Below are positions 27,463 to 33,243 of a stretch of DNA of 33,243 nucleotides, piece by piece. Each line of letters begins with the position of its first letter. Position 1 is the stretch's first letter. The notes under the pieces are model-generated. The model ran no database searches. It saw only the letters and a program-made list of their open reading frames with translations, and had not been told where the DNA came from. The DNA lies in the IMG/VR virus record IMGVR_UViG_3300037755_000162, positions 1 to 33,243 of that record; one strand, 5' to 3'. A program made the position numbers and the translations under genes. This DNA comes from a virus. Its lineage: Duplodnaviria > Caudoviricetes.

Positions 27463-27762
27463 TTACTCATAGTTATATAGCCCGTGTATGTCTGTGTGTG
27501 TAAAATGGTGTAGTATAGTATAACGTAAGAAGTCACGTTCCGCTATATTGTCATCCTGTGAAAGTGTTTTCTCGGTGCTTTCGGACACTTGACCTTGTTT
27601 ACCGCTTATATTCGCACTATTACAACCCGCATATCTAAGCATTCCAAACTCTAAACCGGATTTTAACTCTTTTATTTTGTTTGATACTTCGTTTTCGTGC
27701 TCTTTTTTAACTTCTGAAACTGTTTTCCCGTGTTTATTTTCCATTTTCAACCTTTTTATCAT
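27463..27762 (-). CDS. Hypothetical protein
   Basis: ORF overlapping the end of 27734-28072; start uncertain. Confidence 0.4.
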   Translation of the reverse strand: MIKRLKMENKHGKTVSEVKKEHENEVSNKIKELKSGLEFGMLRYAGCNSANISGKQGQVSESTEKTLSQDDNIAERDFLRYTILHHFTHTDIHGLYNYE

Positions 27763-28072
27763 CTATAATCTGCGCTTCTTCAATGCTTTCACTGATTAAA
27801 TCCTCTATTTTCTTGCTTGTTATTGTCATTTCCATCGCTTTTTTAACAGGGACTATAAAAGGCAATACTTTGAGAGCTGTTTCAAGTTTAGTCTTGTCTG
27901 AATCATTATTTAACCCTTTTTCATCAATTATATTAAATACATCATCCTGAAAGTCTTCAATCTTTTCTTTACTTCTGTATAATAAAGCTAATTTTTGTCT
28001 ATTTTCTATAGTTTTTAACTGGTTATCAGTTAATAACTTCGGAGCTGTCTTATTTATTCTGTAATCTACCAT
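27734..28072 (-). CDS. Putative terminase small subunit
   Basis: First gene of the leftward operon. Helical body SDKTKLETALKVLPFIVP, then a beta strand (MEMTITS) and acidic tail, resembling TerS. Synteny-based. Confidence 0.5.
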   Translation of the reverse strand: MVDYRINKTAPKLLTDNQLKTIENRQKLALLYRSKEKIEDFQDDVFNIIDEKGLNNDSDKTKLETALKVLPFIVPVKKAMEMTITSKKIEDLISESIEEAQIIDDKKVENGK

Positions 28073-28136
28073 TTTACTAATTTATAAATCTTTTAATAAA
28101 ACACAAATATATTTCTTATTGTGGATTGAATGAGTT

Positions 28137-28175
28137 TCGGTAATTCTTACCTGCTATCGGTAATTATTTCGGTAA
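28137..28175. promoter_or_regulatory. Repeated TCGGTAA sites and GGTAA-ttc-TTACC palindrome (candidate upstream activator sites)
   Basis: TCGGTAA at 28137, 28157 and 28169; palindrome at 28139-28151. Confidence 0.5.
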
Positions 28176-28244
28176 CATTTACAAGTTTACATAACACTTT
28201 ATTATTATTGACACGTTTACAAGTTAAATTCAAACTATTTTTGT

Positions 28245-28261
28245 CTGGCATATCAGTTGTA
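28245..28261 (+). promoter_or_regulatory. Sigma-54-like (-24/-12) promoter for the rightward genes
   Basis: CTGGCATATCAGTTGTA versus consensus YTGGCACGNNNNTTGCW; GG-N10-GT spacing; about 35 nt upstream of ATG 28298. Confidence 0.6.
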
Positions 28262-28297
28262 TAATATATTCTAAACTAATTAAAAGGATTAAATAAA

Positions 28298-28543
28298 ATG
28301 AAAATTAAACCGGAACATTATTCAGAGCTAAAATCAGATATTGATAATTTAATATCAAAACACGGTAAAGATACATTCATTAAACAGCGTGCCGAAGTTA
28401 GTTTTGTTAAAAATCAGTTTGTTTCGTTCGTTTGGTCTGTTTTTTGGGTTATTGATTATTCTAAATATCGCAAGTTATACGATTATATGAATGATGATAA
28501 CATAGAAACAGCGTTAAAATCAATTTTATCTGAATTTAAGTAG
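28298..28543 (+). CDS. Early-region hypothetical protein
   Basis: 81 aa, AAAGGA RBS. Confidence 0.8.
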   Translation: MKIKPEHYSELKSDIDNLISKHGKDTFIKQRAEVSFVKNQFVSFVWSVFWVIDYSKYRKLYDYMNDDNIETALKSILSEFK

Positions 28544-28576
28544 TGTATTTAATCACTAATCAATCAGGAGTTAAAA

Positions 28577-28708
28577 ATGGAATATGTTGCAATAAATAAA
28601 TACAATACAAAAATTGTGTTTCGTGCTATTGATGATAATGAAGCGAGACACTGGGTTATAAATCATTTAGATTTATCAGAAGACTGGAATATTTACTTAA
28701 ATGTTTAA
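28577..28708 (+). CDS. Small hypothetical protein (43 aa), missing from the ORF track
   Basis: AGGAG RBS; MEYVAINKYNTKIVFRAIDDNEARHWVINHLDLSEDWNIYLNV. Confidence 0.7.
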   Translation: MEYVAINKYNTKIVFRAIDDNEARHWVINHLDLSEDWNIYLNV

Positions 28709-28839
28709 TATTTCTTTACAATCGGAATTTATTTCTACTTACAAATGGAATTTATTACCGGTTCAATTTTTTAATCTGTGTTTTTTGTTCGTATTGTGTT
28801 GGAATAATGTTTGCTTAATTAGTTAAAAAGGAATTTACA

Positions 28840-28935
28840 ATGTTATCTAAAATCAATCTCGCTTTTAATCTTGCAATCTTAGTTAGTGCTCTGTATTTCT
28901 TAGTTCATTTATTTAATTATTTTAATCATTTATGA
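28840..28935 (+). CDS. Single-TM micropeptide (31 aa)
   Basis: AAAGGA RBS; MLSKINLAFNLAILVSALYFLVHLFNYFNHL. Confidence 0.5.
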   Translation: MLSKINLAFNLAILVSALYFLVHLFNYFNHL

Positions 28936-28943
28936 GGTTATTT

Positions 28944-29201
28944 ATGAAATCTGCATTAAAATTAGTTCCCAAATCTGAGTTAATTACTGAGGAACAAATA
29001 GAAAAAACAGAAGAGTTTTTGCGCTCAAAGTGTGATATGTTTTCAAGTGCTGACTTTGATTATTACGCCGAAGTTACCGGCAAAGGTATAGAATGGGTGC
29101 GTGAAAATGCTTCTTATCATTCAGAACTTGGGATGTACGGTACTTGTTTAGAAAATGCCTTAATAGACGGTGACTTTGATTTAGCCGAAATGTTTTATTA
29201 A
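28944..29201 (+). CDS. Early-region hypothetical protein (acidic)
   Basis: Start re-called at ATG 28944 behind GAGG. Confidence 0.75.
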   Translation: MKSALKLVPKSELITEEQIEKTEEFLRSKCDMFSSADFDYYAEVTGKGIEWVRENASYHSELGMYGTCLENALIDGDFDLAEMFY

Positions 29202-29253
29202 TCTTTACCGGATGGTTAGCAGTTAAAACGTCCTGCCTTCCGGTGCTAATGGT
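29199..29253 (+). repeat. Structured intergenic element A, copy 1
   Basis: TAATCTTT-ACCGG...GCAG...CTGC...TTCCGGT-GCTAATGGT. Confidence 0.7.
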
Positions 29254-29288
29254 CTTAATTTATTTAATAATCTTGAAAGGTACTTAAA

Positions 29289-29585
29289 ATGAAAACGAGA
29301 AAACAATATTTAAATGGCGAAGTTTCTCACCGTGAATATCATGCTCAATTTGTTAACGATACTATAAAACAAAACGTATTAAATCACGTTGGTTTGAATA
29401 GGCTAATGAAGTCAACAGATAAACATTTAAACGATATCCCTTTGGATATCTGGGACTCAATACCGATGTACGATGTTTCTAAAAAGTTAAAAGAAGTTGG
29501 GGACTATCTTACTTTGGCTGGGGCTGTCTGTATAGCAAAAGAAGCGGCAAGGCAAATAATAGAAAGCAATAAGAGAGCGTTTTAA
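29289..29585 (+). CDS. Early-region hypothetical protein
   Basis: 98 aa, AAAGGT RBS. Confidence 0.85.
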   Translation: MKTRKQYLNGEVSHREYHAQFVNDTIKQNVLNHVGLNRLMKSTDKHLNDIPLDIWDSIPMYDVSKKLKEVGDYLTLAGAVCIAKEAARQIIESNKRAF

Positions 29586-29634
29586 TCTTTGCCGGTTTGC
29601 AGTCTAATACATGACTGATTCCGGCGCAAATGGT
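29583..29634 (+). repeat. Structured intergenic element A, copy 2
   Basis: TAATCTTT-GCCGG...CAGTC...GACTG-ATTCCGGC-GCAAATGGT. Confidence 0.7.
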
Positions 29635-29668
29635 GTATATTTTTTTAACTTAAAACAAAGGTGCTAAA

Positions 29669-30001
29669 ATGCAAAATGAAAATTTAGTTTTTAACATAAA
29701 AGGCGATAAAAAGTCAAAAGCTGAACCGATTCAGCATACTATCGCATTTCCCGGCGGTCATATCGGAGTCGTAAGGACTACAAATAATGAATATTGGGCG
29801 CATATATGGGTAAATCAACAAAACCACGAAGATAATATCCAATTTGAAAAATTCGGGTTTATTAACAAAATCCGTTTAGACTTGTCAGAAGGTTATTCCG
29901 ATATTGATATACCTAAAAACACTAATCACTTCGCTGTTTTCATTAGTACAGTTGAACCTAAAAAAGAATATCAATCTTTCAGTGAGTTTAATAATGACTA
30001 A
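29669..30001 (+). CDS. Early-region hypothetical protein
   Basis: 110 aa, AAAGGTG RBS. Confidence 0.8.
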   Translation: MQNENLVFNIKGDKKSKAEPIQHTIAFPGGHIGVVRTTNNEYWAHIWVNQQNHEDNIQFEKFGFINKIRLDLSEGYSDIDIPKNTNHFAVFISTVEPKKEYQSFSEFNND

Positions 30002-30083
30002 CAAAACTATAAACCGGCTGTTTTCGTTCTCTGTGGTGGTCTGTGTGATACTGATTATTTTATTTACATTTATACAAAGGTGA
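29994..30083 (+). CDS. Single-TM micropeptide (29 aa)
   Basis: MTNKTINRLFSFSVVVCVILIILFTFIQR; overlaps the upstream stop and fills the gap. Confidence 0.45.
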   Translation: MTNKTINRLFSFSVVVCVILIILFTFIQR

Positions 30084-30087
30084 TGAA

Positions 30088-30342
30088 ATGAAAACTAAAG
30101 TAAAATTTTACTATGAAAAGGCTTACCAAAAAGGTATGAAAATCAATTCTGTTTTTGCTTACTTTCCTGATGAGTCGAATTTTGATAGTAATGGAAATAA
30201 AATGTGTTATTCTCGTTTGGGTCAACATTCAGCGTGTTCACCTGCTTATGTTGCCGAATGCAAACAAGTAAAACGAGCCTCAAAGTATGCTGATCTTAAA
30301 CAAGAATTAGAGTCTATCGGTTATGACTTGGAAGTCATTTGA
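30088..30342 (+). CDS. Early-region hypothetical protein
   Basis: VFAYFP...CYSRLGQHS...YADLKQELESIGY; AAAGGTG RBS. Confidence 0.85.
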   Translation: MKTKVKFYYEKAYQKGMKINSVFAYFPDESNFDSNGNKMCYSRLGQHSACSPAYVAECKQVKRASKYADLKQELESIGYDLEVI

Positions 30343-30456
30343 TATGTTAGATAAACTTGAAATAGTTCCCTGTGTTTATACTCAGTCTGGTCTTGTGTTC
30401 TGGTGCTGTTGGTGTTTGAAGTAATATTGATTTTTTAACTAAATGGAAGTAAGAAT

Positions 30457-30738
30457 ATGACAATTTCAGAAAATGCTCAACTTGTTTTTAGTTCATCCGG
30501 TAAATATATCCGGTTTGGTGGTCGTGGTATTATTGACGGACTTAAACAAGTGAAATGCAAGCGTGATTTTTATAAGATTATCGGCGAATGTGCCGGAAGT
30601 CAAACCCAAGTTAATGGATTAGAAATAAAAGGTTATCGAGCTAAACGTCATTCGATATTACCGTTTTATTGCTTTAATCAAGAATGTGAAATAATAGATT
30701 CAAAAGAGTTTAAACAGTTACCGGAATATCAATCTTAA
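30457..30738 (+). CDS. Early-region hypothetical protein
   Basis: 93-aa ORF. Confidence 0.75.
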   Translation: MTISENAQLVFSSSGKYIRFGGRGIIDGLKQVKCKRDFYKIIGECAGSQTQVNGLEIKGYRAKRHSILPFYCFNQECEIIDSKEFKQLPEYQS

Positions 30739-30742
30739 ATTT

Positions 30743-30802
30743 AGGGCTGCCGATTAAAACAGCCCTGTATTATTTTTTAATCTCAATCAATAAAGGTGTG
30801 AA
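30743..30802 (+). repeat. Intergenic element B, copy 1 (GGGC hairpin, AATCTCAAT, AAAGGTGTG RBS)
   Basis: AGGGCTG-ccgattaaaa-CAGCCCT, then TTAATCTCAATCAATAAAGGTGTG. Confidence 0.65.
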
Positions 30803-31024
30803 ATGAATTTAATAATTAAACAGAAAACAATAAAAGAAAAAATTAAATCCGATAGTTACTTCCAGATAAGATTTAGTTTTTTTAAGGTTAAAAACGTTTC
30901 TGGTAAGTTTGTAATTTATATTGCCGGTTCAAGTTATCCGCATAATTACCCTGATGGGTTTAAAAAATATGGTAGCGTTGATACCTTAGACAAGGCAATC
31001 GAATTTTGTCACATGTTAGCTTAG
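30803..31024 (+). CDS. Early-region hypothetical protein
   Basis: 73 aa, AAAGGTGTG RBS. Confidence 0.75.
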   Translation: MNLIIKQKTIKEKIKSDSYFQIRFSFFKVKNVSGKFVIYIAGSSYPHNYPDGFKKYGSVDTLDKAIEFCHMLA

Positions 31025-31033
31025 TGGTTTAAT

Positions 31034-31261
31034 ATGAGAAAGATTATTAAAACTCGCAAAGATAGACTTTGTGACGCTTGCGGGGAAAATATAAAAAAGG
31101 GTGAATTTTGTTATTTTGAATCTTTTAGAGTCCCCCGATATGATAAAAACGATAAGCAAATAGGTGTAGAGTACATTAAAACCTATATGCACTTAGATAC
31201 TTATTTCTGTAATATCGTAAATACTGAGGGCGAATGCCTTCAATGGGGTAAAAATAATTGA
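31034..31261 (+). CDS. Small Zn-ribbon-like protein
   Basis: KTRKDRLCDACGENIKKGE...MH...C. Confidence 0.75.
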   Translation: MRKIIKTRKDRLCDACGENIKKGEFCYFESFRVPRYDKNDKQIGVEYIKTYMHLDTYFCNIVNTEGECLQWGKNN

Positions 31262-31312
31262 GGGCATATTACAGCCCTCTTAAAATCTCAATAAATAAAT
31301 GAAAGGTGTGTT
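31260..31312 (+). repeat. Intergenic element B, copy 2
   Basis: GAGGGC-atattaca-GCCCTC, then AAATCTCAATAAAT...AAAGGTGTG. Confidence 0.65.
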
Positions 31313-31897
31313 ATGAACGTCACATTAAAATTCTTAGAAGAAAAACGAGCCTGTAAAAAAGGCTTGGAATGGGTCACTCAACATAATTTAATCGGTTTAG
31401 AAAGAAAAGAATTTATTAAAAAGTTAATGGATTCTAAAAAATACAATTGGGCAAATTGGTTAATCGTTCGCACAATGGGATACAAGCAATATGTTTCTTA
31501 TGCAGCTTATGCGGCTGAACAGGTTATTGATATTTATAAAAAAAAATATCCAGATGATGAAAGACCTCGCTTTGCTATTGAAAGCGCTAAAAAATGTATT
31601 AAAAATCCGTCAAGAGAAAACAAAAAGGATGCGGCTGATGCGGCGGCTGATGCGGTTGATGCGGTTGATGCGGCTCATGCGGCGGCTCATGCGGTTGATG
31701 CGGTTGATGCGGCGGCTCATGCGGCGGCTTATAAGGCGGCTTATAAGGCGGCTTATGCGGCGGCTTATGCGGCTTATGCGGCTCATGCGGCGGCTCATGC
31801 GGCGGCTGATGCGGCTTATGCGGCGGCTTATGATGCGCGCACAAAACAAAAAATGCATGTTAAAATACTTGAATACGGATTATCATTATTAGAATAA
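31313..31897 (+). CDS. Phage protein with Imm5-like helical core and Ala-rich repeat tract
   Basis: YAAEQVIDIYKKKYPDDERPRFAIESAK followed by AA(D/H/Y) repeats; AAAGGTGTG RBS. Confidence 0.8.
   Translation: MNVTLKFLEEKRACKKGLEWVTQHNLIGLERKEFIKKLMDSKKYNWANWLIVRTMGYKQYVSYAAYAAEQVIDIYKKKYPDDERPRFAIESAKKCIKNPSRENKKDAADAAADAVDAVDAAHAAAHAVDAVDAAAHAAAYKAAYKAAYAAAYAAYAAHAAAHAAADAAYAAAYDARTKQKMHVKILEYGLSLLE
31628..31836 (+). repeat. In-frame 9/12-bp tandem repeat of GCG(GCG)GYT(G/C/T)AT units
   Basis: About 19 units such as gcggctgat, gcggttgat, gcggcggctcat, aaggcggcttat; GC-rich island in AT-rich DNA. Confidence 0.95.
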
Positions 31898-31902
31898 TAA
31901 TT

Positions 31903-31935
31903 GGGCGGAATTAACCGCCCTTAATCTCAATCAAT
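31903..31935 (+). repeat. Intergenic element B, copy 3
   Basis: GGGCGG-aattaa-CCGCCC, then TTAATCTCAATCAAT. Confidence 0.65.
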
Positions 31936-32225
31936 CCCTGCCTGTTTTTCAAGGCATCCTTCAGGTTGAGTTCTGTGCAAAATGAGAAAAGCCGATAGTT
32001 ATTCGGCTTGCTTAATTAAAATTCTCGATATGGTAAAGTTTTCTTATCATACGGGATATATAATAAACAAAATAAATTTATCTGTCAATAGATGAGACAG
32101 GTTTATTTTTGAGACAAGGCAAAAATCCAAAACGTCTTGGATAAAAATCCAAATCGTTTCGTGTATTAAGTGGTGTATAATTTTTTAAGGTATAGTAATT
32201 TTTTAATAATTTAAGGATAAATGAA

Positions 32226-32426
32226 ATGGCAAATTTTAGCTTCAAATTCGTATTCAGTGGCATTGATAAAAGCATTAACTGTAATGAGTCAGGTGATACA
32301 ATAGGACAGGCTCTTGATAAGGTGGTAAAGAAGTTCGGACTTGAGAATGAAACCTTTGGCGTTTCAATTACTCCGCTTTCAACGGTTTATGTGCCGAAGG
32401 GTTCGTTTGTTAATCTTGTGGTGTAA
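32226..32426 (+). CDS. Small protein, possibly beta-grasp-like
   Basis: 66 aa; AAGGA RBS; beta-beta-GDTIGQALDKVVKKF-beta pattern. Confidence 0.65.
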   Translation: MANFSFKFVFSGIDKSINCNESGDTIGQALDKVVKKFGLENETFGVSITPLSTVYVPKGSFVNLVV

Positions 32427-32452
32427 TTTTTTAATAAAAAAGGAGTGGTGAG

Positions 32453-32605
32453 ATGAAAGACAGCTTTACAGTGGAAGAAATTAGAAATTATATTCTTTCA
32501 CAAGATAGTTTAGGCGATGTAATGTATAATTTATCTGCCGAAAATATTATAAAGGCAAACGAGATAAGTATGCACGATATTGAATACGATGAGGATGACG
32601 ACTAA
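32453..32605 (+). CDS. Small acidic protein (50 aa), missing from the ORF track
   Basis: AGGAG RBS; MKDSFTVEEIRNYILSQDSLGDVMYNLSAENIIKANEISMHDIEYDEDDD. Confidence 0.75.
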   Translation: MKDSFTVEEIRNYILSQDSLGDVMYNLSAENIIKANEISMHDIEYDEDDD

Positions 32606-32678
32606 TTAGCCCCCTGTGGCTTCAATACAGCCTCGTGGTGGCATTCTAAGTATTAGAACATACATTTGCTTTAGGGTG

Positions 32679-32930
32679 CTACCCCCTGTATGATTTTTTA
32701 AGCTGTTTTAGCTTCTCAATTTCGGGACTAAGGAATCTAATAACATTAACAAGGTCTTTATGTTTCAGTCTGTCAACATAATCACAACCAGCGTTAAATC
32801 CGTATTCTTGGGCTTCGAGTAATTTAGAATTTATCCAGTCCCATATTGCAAGTTGGTCTGAATCATCAAACTCACCACTATCAACCAAGTATTTAGTTTG
32901 TTCAAAAAACTCTTGTTTTATATTATCCAT
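32679..32930 (-). CDS. Hypothetical protein flanked by 19-bp direct repeats
   Basis: 83 aa; converges on the rightward block. Confidence 0.75.
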   Translation of the reverse strand: MDNIKQEFFEQTKYLVDSGEFDDSDQLAIWDWINSKLLEAQEYGFNAGCDYVDRLKHKDLVNVIRFLSPEIEKLKQLKKSYRG

Positions 32931-32955
32931 TTTATACCTGTATGATTTTTTAAGC
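32685..32955. repeat. Perfect 19-bp direct repeat CCTGTATGATTTTTTAAGC (32685-32703 and 32937-32955)
   Basis: Both copies read directly from the sequence. Confidence 0.95.
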
Positions 32956-33243
32956 CTATATACTTTTTAATTTTCTATCCTGTAAAAGATAACCGCCAAT
33001 AATACCGTATAATCTCCCTCGCCATTTGTTCTGCGTGTCTTTGTTCGAGCCTAAAGTCATAACTGATTCGTTGTTCTTTTTTTTCTTTCTGGTTCTGGAT
33101 ATTGGTTTTAATACCCAACCTCTATTTCTTGCTAATAAATAAGCGTTTACTTTACTACAATTAAAAATGTCTGCCAACTCTTGCGCTGTGTGGTTTTTGC
33201 ACCATTCTTTTGTAAACCAGTCCGGTAATTTTTTAAGAGGTCT
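32956..33243 (-). CDS. Partial HTH-containing protein (5' end outside the window)
   Basis: Frame is open to the window edge: RPLKKLPDWFTKEWCKNHTAQELADIFNCSKVNAYLLAR, with an HTH-like TAQELADIFNCS. Confidence 0.65.
   Translation of the reverse strand, partial: RPLKKLPDWFTKEWCKNHTAQELADIFNCSKVNAYLLARNRGWVLKPISRTRKKKKNNESVMTLGSNKDTQNKWRGRLYGIIGGYLLQDRKLKSI

Larger units (their letters stand above)
1..33243. mobile_element. Tailed phage/prophage segment (podovirus-like: TerL, P22-like portal, scaffold, capsid, short-tail and ejection genes, early gene cluster)
   Basis: Canonical terminase-portal-scaffold-capsid-tail gene order on the minus strand, tightly packed overlapping ORFs, divergent block of small genes. 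No tape measure, sheath or host housekeeping genes recognised. Confidence 0.97.

Noticed and set aside
31628-31836. Repeat tract as a CRISPR array or DGR variable region
   Set aside because: No unique spacers, no template-repeat copy, no reverse transcriptase in the window, and variation is not the AAY-to-NNY pattern.
31491-31892. Alternative-frame ORFs (MRRL, PPHK and RRIS repeats) over the minisatellite
   Set aside because: They are open only because the 9/12-bp units lack stop codons; the RBS and non-repetitive flanks support only 31313-31897.
1-33243. Stop-codon reassignment as in some crAss-like phages
   Set aside because: Long genes are intact in code 11, and TAG, TGA and TAA all serve as terminal stops at normal gene junctions.

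Overview
The whole window is a segment of a tailed dsDNA phage or prophage with a podovirus-type architecture, read in the standard genetic code. No integrase, tRNA, rRNA or CRISPR array was seen. A leftward late operon (28072 down to 1) encodes a probable TerS, small genes, TerL, a P22-like portal, scaffold, major capsid protein, an HNH endonuclease, head decoration/fibre proteins, three adaptor/ring-like proteins, a nozzle-like tail protein, three ejection-type proteins (one with a peptidase S74 domain), an appendage/adhesin module and small membrane (lysis-type) genes. A rightward block of small early-type genes (28298-32605) follows a sigma-54-like promoter. The most striking feature is the five genes where tail fibres and spikes are expected (1808-7828). 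All five carry classical Sec signal peptides with Gln at +1. Three are rich in D-(S/T)-(A/I/L/V/M/T), the Bacteroidota-type O-glycosylation sequon, and two start with a shared three-Trp peptide. This suggests virion appendages that are exported, matured and possibly glycosylated in the host periplasm (inference). Other highlights: a terminator plus tandem repeat directly before terL behind a tiny unannotated ORF, an HNH cassette that replaced its neighbour's 3' end, covarying RNA-like repeats between early genes, and a gene flanked by a perfect 19-bp direct repeat. Functional calls come from motif recognition and synteny only; no searches were run.
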